This document shows positions 35,474-43,854 of a stretch of DNA of 64,000 bases, piece after piece. The notes below the pieces were generated by a model. It ran no database searches. It saw only the letters and a program-made list of their open reading frames with translations, and was not told the origin of the DNA. The stretch is from contig JAXLZX010000003.1 of the NCBI GenBank assembly GCA_046350695.1, positions 2,236 to 66,235 on the forward strand. Reading direction: 5' to 3'. Source of the stretch: Candidatus Saccharimonadales bacterium (lineage in GTDB: Bacteria > Patescibacteriota > Saccharimonadia > Saccharimonadales > JACQNP01). Both the position numbers and the translations under genes were made by a program. Within the stretch, counting starts at the first letter, position 1; every line of letters starts with the position of its first letter.

Positions 35474-35520
35474 ACCTTGCAAAGTTTTTAGCCACTTGTT
35501 TGCTAAAAACTCTACAAGGT
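35474..35520. repeat. 19-bp-stem hairpin flanked by direct repeats (GTCGTAGTACG / GTCTAGTACG)
   Basis: ACCTTGCAAAGTTTTTAGC, a 9-nt loop, then GCTAAAAACTCTACAAGGT (17 of 19 bp paired). No T-run follows. Confidence 0.6.
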
Positions 35521-35594
35521 CTAGTACGACTACTCCTTACGCTCGGTAAACTTTAATTATAATTAACTGGTTTATCTCGCACTATACAGTCTAT

Positions 35595-35714
35595 TAAACT
35601 AAGCGAAGCTGTTTGATAGATTTAGAGGAGTGGGCTTTGTTTGGTAAAAACCCTTGTTGGGCAAATTCATTTTGTCGACAATTGGTTTATCAAACTATTA
35701 CAAATCGACGATGC
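35595..35714 (+). repeat. conserved leader, copy B (paralogue of 21016-21131)
   Basis: Blocks AGGAGTGGGCTTTGT (35626-35640), GCAAATTCATTTT, ACTATTACA and CGACGA lie at almost the same spacing from the tRNA 5' end as in copy A. Confidence 0.6.
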
Positions 35715-35791
35715 GCCCCGGTAGCTCAGCTGGATAGAGCAAGTGGGTTCTAACCATTAGGTCGGGGGTTCGAATCCCTCCCGGGGTACCA
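35715..35791 (+). tRNA. tRNA-Arg (anticodon TCT), CCA encoded
   Basis: Acceptor GCCCCGG/CCGGGGT (G1 opposite T72), D arm GCTC-AGCTGGATA-GAGC, anticodon stem AGTGG/CCATT with loop GTTCTAA, T arm GGGGG-TTCGAAT-CCCTC. Confidence 0.85.
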
Positions 35792-37008
35792 TTCTAGACG
35801 GAGAGCCTCAAGAAGGCTCTTTTTCATCTGTTGAGATATTGTTCTAACCTCATTTAATTGTGCTACGAAGTGTTTTGTATTATCACGCAAGGGTAGCAAC
35901 CATTCGTAAGGTGTTATTTGGAGTTTGCCATCTATTAGCACTGGGTTCTGACCAAGTGCCAGCAAGATTTCCTTTTTATCAGCAATATCGCCGTTTATGA
36001 ACTTAGAGTTAGCGTTCATGAACTTACTTATCAGGTTAGTCATGTAGTCATACCAGCCTTCGGTATTCTAATTACTAGTAGCCTGTTGCTTGTGCAGCTC
36101 TTTTAATTTAGCCTTGAGTTTGGCGGATTTCTCAATAAATGTATCTTCGTCTACGAGCTTGCGAGTAGACATGTCTAACAGGGTATCAAGCTGGTCTTTT
36201 AAGCCCTTTATAGCCTGTTCCTGCATAGTTTCTACACTCTTGCGTTCTGGTATGTCAGCTTGAGCCATTTGGTTAATAGCGTCCATGCTCCAATCGTAAA
36301 GTTCTGGTATTAGCTCCCAGTTATTGAGTTCATCTACACATTCCTTGAATAGTTCATCTTCCGTTTTATAGCCATACTTCTTAATCTGACTGCATGGGCG
36401 TTCTCCAGTACAGTGATAGTAGGTATTTACATGCGTAACACCCTTAGAGTTAGTACGTTCCTTACTTTGAGCCGTAATCATACAGCCACATTCACCACAG
36501 CGTATAAAGCCACGTAGTACGAACTGTTTACGGGTAGCGAAACGCTTGCCACCATGACGACCTAGTAATAGTTGGATTTTGTCGTATTCTTCCATTGTCA
36601 TTAAGGCTGGAAAGTCTGCTGGATACATTTTGTCTTCATCATAGGGATCGGCACCCAACCAGCGTAGCGGACGTTACGGAACATATAGTAGAGCGATGAA
36701 CGGCCTATTGGCTTACCGCCAACCTTCTTGATTATATCTCTCGTAGAGGCTTTGAGCACATCAAAACGTTTCCATATTGGCTGTGGCTCTATTGCAGCCA
36801 ATTCAGGGTTTTTTTCGTACAGTTTCTGAAGCTCGTTAACCAATAGTATGTAGGCTCGGTTAATTTCTTGTATGTCTTCGTTTGGTGAAAGCCCAGCATT
36901 ATCAACCAAGTAGATATTCATAATCATACCCATGACAAGTAAATTCAGTTCACGAGCTACAGCGTAGTCGTTAACAGCCCCATCGTGTTTGGTTGCAGCA
37001 TCTCTCAT
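35750..37008 (-). pseudogene. large serine recombinase pseudogene (three frame fragments, catalytic N-domain missing)
   Basis: Fragments 36601-37008 (recombinase domain, ...SSLYYMFRNVRYAGWV), 36068-36658 (zinc ribbon FIRCGECGCMITAQ...YYHCTGERPC plus coiled coil) and 35750-36043 (C-terminal part) are collinear with the 21151-22770 protein. No resolvase-type Ser domain is present upstream. Confidence 0.75.
35802..35824 (+). terminator. intrinsic terminator after tRNA-Arg(TCT)
   Basis: AGAGCCT-CAAGA-AGGCTCT followed by TTTT. Confidence 0.6.
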
Positions 37009-37082
37009 TGGTTGCTGATTATAGGGTATTGGCTGTAGAGAGGTATATAGGCACTGGTGGTTGGTGGTAGGATGGAGTTGTT

Positions 37083-37235
37083 ATGATTCTGCTAATAATT
37101 CCGCTAATTGCATGTCTTCTGGTGGTTATTACTAGTTTTAGCAAAAAGCATCCATCGCCGAGAAACACAGCCCAGCACCAGCAAGATGACGAGCTAGTGG
37201 CCGTGATTTTGCCGACTGTCACCAAAGAGAACTGA
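37083..37235 (+). CDS. possible 50-aa single-pass membrane peptide
   Basis: MILLIIPLIACLLVVITSFSKKHPSPRNTAQHQQDDELVAVILPTVTKEN, with GGAG 4-5 nt upstream. It occupies the place where the recombinase catalytic domain should be encoded on the other strand. Confidence 0.3.
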   Translation: MILLIIPLIACLLVVITSFSKKHPSPRNTAQHQQDDELVAVILPTVTKEN

Positions 37236-37302
37236 CCAGCCCGAAAAACGCTCGTCTGTCATAATAGTAAGAGAGGGGCTAATACAAAAAGAAGGAGTTT
37301 TT

Positions 37303-37535
37303 ATGGCTATAAGTAACCCTGTGGGACGACCACAGTATTAAATATCAGAACCTTGCTGAGGCTGACTGATGCTTTGAAAAATAACTACAACGTCACTGAC
37401 AGTTGCAAATGGGTGGGTATCTCAAGGAATACGTACTACAGACACCTGGACAATGACATGGCGTTCGAAGCACGAGTGAATTACGCAATAGAGTGCAGAA
37501 ATAAAGTGTCTTTTAATTTTGACACAATTTTCTAG
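37303..37535 (+). pseudogene. frameshifted paralogue of the island-1 small HTH gene
   Basis: MAISNPVGRPQY* in frame 0, then ...LNIRTLLRLTDALKNNYNVTDSCKWVGISRNTYYRHL... in another frame. This is collinear with MTAKKAIGRPLKMDSRVITKLIAAIQTNSNITDACRYAGISRDTFYRHM. The promoter and SD regions are also homologous (CTGTCATAAT...AAGGAG). Confidence 0.65.
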
Positions 37536-37843
37536 GTTAACTTGTGATTTTGCACAAGATTTCAAGAAATTGGTGTCACTTAATTAAGGGGAGAAAATTG
37601 GCGTTATGGGTCAAAAATCTGGCGGAAAATTATATACGGCATGACCCTCGTTATATATCGTGCTCTAGATGAACGGGCTTTAATACCCTCTGTAAGCTAT
37701 CCAGGGGTCACAGGAGAGGTTTTAGGACAAAAGTTAGGTAAGGTTACACGTTGAAAATAAGTTGTGCTTTGACATCATTTTGTTCATTGACAAGCTTATG
37801 CTTGGGTTTCCCGTAACAAGTGTTTATAATTCTCTCTAAGAAT

Positions 37844-38536
37844 ATGAGTGAGAGCCTACACAAACCTACTATTGCTATATTAGCCTCAGGAAGTGGCTCT
37901 ACCGCCGAGGCATTTATTCACGCAACTCAAGACGGCCGTGTTTCGGCAGAAGTTGGTCTAATCGTATGCAACAACCCACCTGAAAAGGCTGGAATCTTTG
38001 CTAGGGCTGCTAAGTTAAATGCACTCTATGGACTTGATATTGAAACTGTAGAGATTAGTGGTCGTACACACCCCGATGGGAATGTTGGTCGTGGACAAAC
38101 ACTTAGCGAATCATCTGCTATTTGCAAACGTATTAGTGACGGTGGCTTTGCTCACGTAGCTCTTATGGGTTATATGAAAATGGTTCGTGGTGAACTTATT
38201 GAGGAGTACGGCTGGCAGCCGACCTATGATTCCATCTACCAAGCTAGAATGACCAATACCCACCCAGGTCCATTGCCAGAAACAGAAGACACGTACGGTA
38301 TACATACTTCTGAACGAGTTTTAGAACTAGGTATGCCAGCTTCACGCCACACTGTTCACTTAGTGGCTGACGGTATTGATAGAGGCCCAAAGATTGCCGA
38401 ACACCCAGTTGAAGTGATTGAGGGCGATACGGCACAAAGTTTGTTTGACAGAGTTCAGATAGTAGAAAAAGTAGCGTTGCCATACGTTATAGGTAAATTC
38501 ATAGACGAACAAGGAGACTATCTTGGCAATTCATGA
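37844..38536 (+). CDS. purN: phosphoribosylglycinamide formyltransferase
   Basis: Motifs IAILASGSGSTAEAF and NTHPGPLP, with a Asp-containing ADGIDRGPKI segment. The start is set at MSESLHK. Confidence 0.75.
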   Translation: MSESLHKPTIAILASGSGSTAEAFIHATQDGRVSAEVGLIVCNNPPEKAGIFARAAKLNALYGLDIETVEISGRTHPDGNVGRGQTLSESSAICKRISDGGFAHVALMGYMKMVRGELIEEYGWQPTYDSIYQARMTNTHPGPLPETEDTYGIHTSERVLELGMPASRHTVHLVADGIDRGPKIAEHPVEVIEGDTAQSLFDRVQIVEKVALPYVIGKFIDEQGDYLGNS

Positions 38537-41360
38537 GATTAGGGTCACGCCGATTGAGGGTGACCCAACTGGTCACGAAGTTCAGCAAGAAGCGGAACGC
38601 ACACTAGGTTTGGACAGTTTAGAAGCTGTTAGGACAGCAAGAGTATATCGTGTTCAGGGAGTTAGCGAAGAAGAAGCTCACACACTAGCAGGACAACTTT
38701 TTACAGACCCAGTGAGTGAGCAATACAGTTTAGACCAACCAGTAGGTTTTGAAACTCCTCACGTTGTTGAAGTAGCGTATAAGCCTGGCGTTATGAACCC
38801 AGAGGTATCTTCAATTATGAAAGCCGCTCAAGACCTAGGCATTAGCCCACAAGCAGTTGATTCTTCAAGAGAATATGCGTTTTTCGGTAATGTAGAACCA
38901 GCTCAAGTTGATGGTGTAGTTGGACGATTACTGATGAATAAGACCGTGGAACAGGTTGTTACCGAAAAGCCATCATCACTAACCTTTGAAGGAAGTGTTG
39001 GACCCGTCAATATTGTACCGATTAGAGAAGCTTCAGTTTCGCAATTAGCAGAGTTATCAAAAGATAAGCTATTCCTTAACGATGAAGAAATGGTTGTTGT
39101 CCAAAAACACTTCCGAAAGCTTGACCGTGACCCAACAGATGCTGAACTTGAAATTATCGCTGCACGTTGGAGTGAACACTGTGGACACAAGACATTCAAC
39201 GCAAAAGTTGTAGTTGATGGTGTCGAGAAAGAGCCGTTATACACACGAATCAAGAATGCAGCCGAAGAGCAATTCGGGGACTTAGTCGTTTCTGCATTTG
39301 GGGACAATTCGGGCGTTATGAGGTTTTATGACGGTCAAGCTATATGTGGCAAGGTAGAAACACACAATAGCCCGTCAGCTATTGAGCCTTATGGTGGTGC
39401 GATGACGGGTAGTGGTGGTGTGTTCCGTGACATTATGGGGACTGGTCAAGGTGCCAAGACAATCATATCTACCGACATGTTCTGTTTTGCCCTACCTGAC
39501 CTTGATGAGGGTCTTTTACCTTCTGGTACTTTGCACCCTGATTACCTACAGCGGCGAGTTGTACAAGGAGTGCGGGATTACGGCAATCGTATGGGTATCC
39601 CAACGGGCAATGGCTCTGTACATTATCACGAAGACTTTAGGGCTAAGCCTACTGTAATAGTCGGAGCATACGGCATTATGCCTGAGGCACGTGCTGAAAA
39701 GGGCGAACCACTCGTTGGCGACCTAGTTGTTATTATTGGTGGCAAAACAGGTCGTGATGGTATACACGGTGCGACTTTCTCATCAGGCGAAATGACTGAC
39801 CGTACAGCCAACGTGAATTCAAGTGCAGTACAAATCGGAAACGCTATTGAAGAAAAGCGTATGTTTGATGCCCTAATTGAAGCAAGAGATTTGGGATACA
39901 TTCGTGCATTAACCGATTGCGGTGCTGCTGGATTCTCATCTGCTATCGGTGAAATTGGTGAGAACGTAGGTTTAACCGTAGACATCAGCAAGGCACCGCT
40001 TAAATATCCAGGTCTAGCTCCTTGGGAAATTTGGCTTAGTGAATCACAAGAACGTATGGTTGCAGCAATATCACCCGACAACATAGAGGAGTTTCTTGCT
40101 GTTAGCCGTAAATACAATGTTGAATCTACCGTACTTGGCGTATTTGACGGTAGCCATACTCTAACCGTGAACTACGGCGAGCAAAATGTTGCAGAACTTG
40201 ACTATGAGTTTTTGTCTGACGGTCTACCGCAACGTGTTATGCAAGCACATTGGGAACGGGTTGATGTACCTGAAGTAACACCTGATATTCCACAAAACGA
40301 ACAAGAGTGGGTTGATAGAATTAAAGCTGTTTTGTCCCACGGTAACGTGTGTTCCAAAGAACCTATAGTCAGACAATACGACCACGGAGTTCAAGGTGGC
40401 AATGTTGTTTCGCCATTTGGCGGAATAAAGCAAGATGGACCAAATGACGCCTTGGTTGTACGACCAATACTTGATAAGCCTTATGGTGTAGTTCAATCTC
40501 ACGGCATGAACCCAATACTTAATAGATTAGACCCGTTTGAAGGGACAGTTTGGGCGATTGCAGAGGCGGCTGCAAATTATGTTTCTGCTGGCGGTAACAT
40601 TGACGAAGCGGCAGCAGTCGGTAATTACATCTGGCCATTTCCAGATGAAGAAGCCATGGGTTCGCTAGACCGTTCGGTTGACGCTGCCGTAGAAATGATG
40701 CACAGGTTAAAGCTTCCTGTTATATCGGGCAAAGATAGCCTTTCATCAACATACCGAGGTAAAGAAGGACAAGTTATCAAGATTCCACCTGTCTACACAA
40801 TGTCTATATTTGGTCGTATTCCTGACGTAGAAAAGACTATGACAAGCGACATAAAGCAAGCTGGTTCAACCTTGGTATTAGTAGGAAATCTAGGTGAAGG
40901 CATGGCAGGGTCGGCTTATTATGACGTTGTAGGCGGAAGTAGCAACAACATACCACTTGTTGATAAAGAAACTTTACCAGCCGTGCTTGGTTCAGTACAT
41001 CAAGCTATAGTCGGCGGTAAAGTCCTTGCGTGTCATGATGTGAGCGAGGGTGGTGTAATCTCGGCTGTTGCAGAAATGTGCTTTGGTGGCAATGTTGGCG
41101 TAGAACTCGAACCTAGTAATGTGTCAGCTGCTCGAATGGATAAGTTCCTGTTTAATGAAACGGCTGGCTGTTTTGTAGTCGAAGTTGAAAGTGACGAAGT
41201 AGCACACGAACTATTTGGCAATGTTCCATATCAAAAGCTAGGTCAAACAACTGCTGATAAAACTATAGAGGTGCGTCAGCAAAATGGAGTTGTCTTTAGC
41301 GTAGCAACAGACGAACTTAAGGGTGCGTGGCAAGCACCTATGAAAGGTATTTTTCACTAA
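38523..41360 (+). CDS. purL: phosphoribosylformylglycinamidine synthase subunit PurL with two N-terminal PurS-like repeats
   Basis: The core carries VETHNSPSAIEPYGGAMTGSGGV and GKTGRDGIHGATFSS, and is duplicated as in AIR-synthase-related folds. An extra ~165 aa at the N-terminus form two units of about 80 aa. Apparent TTG start, overlapping purN by 14 nt. Confidence 0.85.
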   Translation: MAIHEIRVTPIEGDPTGHEVQQEAERTLGLDSLEAVRTARVYRVQGVSEEEAHTLAGQLFTDPVSEQYSLDQPVGFETPHVVEVAYKPGVMNPEVSSIMKAAQDLGISPQAVDSSREYAFFGNVEPAQVDGVVGRLLMNKTVEQVVTEKPSSLTFEGSVGPVNIVPIREASVSQLAELSKDKLFLNDEEMVVVQKHFRKLDRDPTDAELEIIAARWSEHCGHKTFNAKVVVDGVEKEPLYTRIKNAAEEQFGDLVVSAFGDNSGVMRFYDGQAICGKVETHNSPSAIEPYGGAMTGSGGVFRDIMGTGQGAKTIISTDMFCFALPDLDEGLLPSGTLHPDYLQRRVVQGVRDYGNRMGIPTGNGSVHYHEDFRAKPTVIVGAYGIMPEARAEKGEPLVGDLVVIIGGKTGRDGIHGATFSSGEMTDRTANVNSSAVQIGNAIEEKRMFDALIEARDLGYIRALTDCGAAGFSSAIGEIGENVGLTVDISKAPLKYPGLAPWEIWLSESQERMVAAISPDNIEEFLAVSRKYNVESTVLGVFDGSHTLTVNYGEQNVAELDYEFLSDGLPQRVMQAHWERVDVPEVTPDIPQNEQEWVDRIKAVLSHGNVCSKEPIVRQYDHGVQGGNVVSPFGGIKQDGPNDALVVRPILDKPYGVVQSHGMNPILNRLDPFEGTVWAIAEAAANYVSAGGNIDEAAAVGNYIWPFPDEEAMGSLDRSVDAAVEMMHRLKLPVISGKDSLSSTYRGKEGQVIKIPPVYTMSIFGRIPDVEKTMTSDIKQAGSTLVLVGNLGEGMAGSAYYDVVGGSSNNIPLVDKETLPAVLGSVHQAIVGGKVLACHDVSEGGVISAVAEMCFGGNVGVELEPSNVSAARMDKFLFNETAGCFVVEVESDEVAHELFGNVPYQKLGQTTADKTIEVRQQNGVVFSVATDELKGAWQAPMKGIFH

Positions 41361-42143
41361 ATGAGTAACCCAGAAGTATGTGTGCTAAAAACAGATGGCA
41401 TTAACTGTGATGAAGAAATGGCAAATGCTTTTCAAGTAGCTGGAGCTACACCTGAAACAGTACACGTCAATCAACTGCGTAGTGGCGAGCGTCAGCTTGA
41501 CCAGTACGGGGTTTTAGCAATACCTGGCGGCTTCTCTTACGGTGATGATATTGCTTCGGGTAAGGTGCTAGCAACGGAACTTACATCTTATCTATCCGAC
41601 CAGCTACAAGACTTTGTTGATAAAGGTAAGCCTATTATTGGAATCTGTAATGGGTTTCAAGTGCTTGTTAGGACTGGATTGCTACCAAATCGTAGGCTAA
41701 ATGAACAGCAAGTAACACTTGCCGATAATGAAGTTGGAAGATTTGAATGTCGTTGGATTGACCTAGCTGTTGGTCAATCGGCTTGTAAGTTTGTAAGCCC
41801 AGAAGACTTTGCCGAGCAACCCATTCCAATGCAAACGGCTCATGGTGAAGGCAGATTCTTTGGTAGTGATGACGATATTCGCCAGCTAAAAGAAAACGGG
41901 CAAGTTGTTTTTCGTTATACTACTCCTGATTTAGGACAGCCGAATGGGTATCCTGAAAATCCAAACGGTGCGGTGGACGATATTGCAGGTATCTGTGACC
42001 CTGGTGGGCTAGTTCTTGGAATGATGCCTCACCCCGAACGGTCAGTGGCTGCTTTTCACCCACACCGAGTACGCACAGGAACTGCACGAAACGCAGCAAA
42101 CACAATTTTTAGTAATATCGTTGCTTACGCTAAGGAGATGTAA
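41361..42143 (+). CDS. purQ: phosphoribosylformylglycinamidine synthase glutaminase subunit
   Basis: Catalytic Cys at GICNGFQ and the His/Glu pair at MPHPER. The ATG lies directly after the purL stop. Confidence 0.9.
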   Translation: MSNPEVCVLKTDGINCDEEMANAFQVAGATPETVHVNQLRSGERQLDQYGVLAIPGGFSYGDDIASGKVLATELTSYLSDQLQDFVDKGKPIIGICNGFQVLVRTGLLPNRRLNEQQVTLADNEVGRFECRWIDLAVGQSACKFVSPEDFAEQPIPMQTAHGEGRFFGSDDDIRQLKENGQVVFRYTTPDLGQPNGYPENPNGAVDDIAGICDPGGLVLGMMPHPERSVAAFHPHRVRTGTARNAANTIFSNIVAYAKEM

Positions 42144-43276
42144 TGGCTGAACAAAGACTACCCATACAAGACGTCAATATAGAGCTTGGCGATGATGTTT
42201 CAAGAATGCTTTATGAAGCTTCAAAGCAAACCCACGACAACCGACCTGGCTTACTTGTTGAGTTTCACGAGTCATTTTCTGGGCTACGAGCAATTCCAGG
42301 TACAATGCTTAAAGATGTAGATAATATGTATCTTAATCTGGCTTTTGACGGAGTCGGTACAAAAGTTGAAGTGTCAGAAAGGCTTGATGACCACTCGGTT
42401 GTCGCACACGATTTGTTTGCAATGGTATGTGATGACGCAGTTGTGCGAGGGGCTGAACCCGTTGCAATAGGCTCAATCTTGGACGTACGGCAACTTAACG
42501 ACACAGAACATACGAGAACGGCAGTTAGACAGTTATCACAGGGCTATGTTGAAGCAGCTAGGGCTGCTGGGGTAGTCGTTGTTAATGGTGAAGTTGCAGA
42601 GCTTGGTGACAGAGTTGGTGGTTACGGTGATTTCAATTACAACTGGGGCGCAACAGTACTTTGGTTTGCTCATAAAGACAGGATTCTAACTGGACATCAG
42701 ATACAACCTGGGGATTCATTGGTTGGACTTGCCGAACATGGCTTTCGCTCAAATGGCATAACTGATGTACGAAAGGCTATGCTGGAACACTACGGACCAC
42801 AATGGCAAGATGTAGTGGTTCAAGAACTTGGCGAACTTTCACTAGGAAAACTTGTACAAAAACCGTCAATTATCTACTCACGCTTTGTATCGGAACTTAC
42901 TGGTGGCTATGATATTGAAAAAGAACCCAAGGCTACCGTAAGTGGCGTGGCACATATTACTGGTGGCGGTCAGCCAAGTAAACTAGGAAGAATGCTTGAA
43001 CCGTCTGGGCTTGGTGTCACGATTGACACACCTATTGAACCACCCCGCATAATGACAGAAGTACAAAAGCTACGTGGGTTCTCTGACGAAACTGCGTACG
43101 GTAAATGGCATTTGGGTTCAGGAATGGTAATTGCTACCTCTGAACCAGAAAAAGTACTCGCAGAAGCAGGAAGTCAAGGGCTAGTTGCCCAAACTATTGG
43201 TCAGGTCACAGATGAGCCAGGCATTCGTATCAAGAACCGTGGTGCAGTTCAAGACGCCGAGTGGCTTAATTTCTAG
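42143..43276 (+). CDS. purM: phosphoribosylformylglycinamidine cyclo-ligase (AIR synthase)-like
   Basis: Motifs LAFDGVGTKVEV and DLFAMVCDDAVVRGAEP, with a C-terminal AIRS_C-like half. ATGA overlap with purQ. At 377 aa it is slightly longer than typical PurM. Confidence 0.75.
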   Translation: MAEQRLPIQDVNIELGDDVSRMLYEASKQTHDNRPGLLVEFHESFSGLRAIPGTMLKDVDNMYLNLAFDGVGTKVEVSERLDDHSVVAHDLFAMVCDDAVVRGAEPVAIGSILDVRQLNDTEHTRTAVRQLSQGYVEAARAAGVVVVNGEVAELGDRVGGYGDFNYNWGATVLWFAHKDRILTGHQIQPGDSLVGLAEHGFRSNGITDVRKAMLEHYGPQWQDVVVQELGELSLGKLVQKPSIIYSRFVSELTGGYDIEKEPKATVSGVAHITGGGQPSKLGRMLEPSGLGVTIDTPIEPPRIMTEVQKLRGFSDETAYGKWHLGSGMVIATSEPEKVLAEAGSQGLVAQTIGQVTDEPGIRIKNRGAVQDAEWLNF

Positions 43277-43277
43277 T

Positions 43278-43472
43278 CTATAAATCTGCAAGCTTATCAC
43301 AGTTCACCCCACTAGCTGCCTTTTGTTGCTGATCCATTTGTATAAGGACATCAAAATAATTTACTAGATTATAAATGGCTTCTTGGTATTCTTCGTCAGT
43401 GTCGTATGTAATACCAGACTTAGCAAAAGCAACTTTCCAGCTTTCTAAGTCTTTACCTGTGATTGTACGCAT
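43278..43472 (-). CDS. hypothetical 64-aa protein
   Basis: MRTITGKDLESWKVAFAKSG..., with GGGAG 6-7 nt upstream. The longer ORF-track start looks spurious. Confidence 0.4.
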   Translation of the reverse strand: MRTITGKDLESWKVAFAKSGITYDTDEEYQEAIYNLVNYFDVLIQMDQQQKAASGVNCDKLADL

Positions 43473-43665
43473 AATTTGCTCCCATATTATTGTGATAGGA
43501 GTATAGACTATATAGGTAGGCACGGTGGGTGGGTAGTTCATAGAGCATTTGACCTATGATAAGCAAGGAATAATGGCCTAACCTGCTCTATAATGCTGTA
43601 CCAAAATACAACATTTTTCCGTAAAATAGATGTGAGCGTAGTTACAGCACTCTACTAATAAAAGT

Positions 43666-43690
43666 ATCAGTCTTATTGACTGATTTTTTT
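43666..43690 (+). terminator. intrinsic terminator with no obvious gene directly upstream on the plus strand
   Basis: ATCAGTC-TTATT-GACTGAT followed by T7. An A-rich tract lies upstream, so it could work in both directions. Confidence 0.55.
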
Positions 43691-43794
43691 ACTGGGGGAA
43701 TACTTCAAAGTGAAATATAATTTACAAAGTAAAATTATTATGCTATAATTGGGAACAGTTTTACATATCTCTTTAGGAAATTTAGTAGAATTCG

Positions 43795-43854
43795 GATGAA
43801 TGCTCTCTTTTAGCAATAGCGATTCATCAAATTGATGAATGAAAGGTATTCATG
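43795..43854 (+). promoter_or_regulatory. 5' leader of the DEAD-box helicase gene with four alternating copies of a 7-mer (alternative hairpins around SD and AUG)
   Basis: GATGAAT (43795), ATTCATC (43822), GATGAAT (43834) and ATTCATG (43848, which includes the start codon). The SD GAAAGG lies between the last two copies. Confidence 0.4.

Larger units (their letters stand above)
35519..43657. mobile_element. island 2: decayed paralogue of island 1 carrying tRNA-Arg(TCT) and a purN-purSL-purQ-purM cluster
   Basis: It has the same module order as island 1: site motif, leader, tRNA, terminator, antisense recombinase, divergent HTH, cargo. Both the recombinase and the HTH gene are disrupted. The edges are only approximate. 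Confidence 0.4.

Noticed and set aside
37600-37800. A specific call of a purine, ZTP or ykkC/PRPP riboswitch in the purN leader.
   Set aside because: Only loose resemblances were seen: a TGACCC/GGGTCA closing stem, TATATATCG, and ACACG..G..AATAAG. The conserved junction and loop sequences of these classes are not present, so a covariance-model search is needed.
37844-43276. A claim of horizontal origin of the pur cluster from base composition alone.
   Set aside because: Hand counts on a few 60-nt lines gave about 45-52% GC in the pur genes. Several flanking lines gave about 32-37%. However, recA lines are also about 45%, so composition by eye is not decisive and must be computed.
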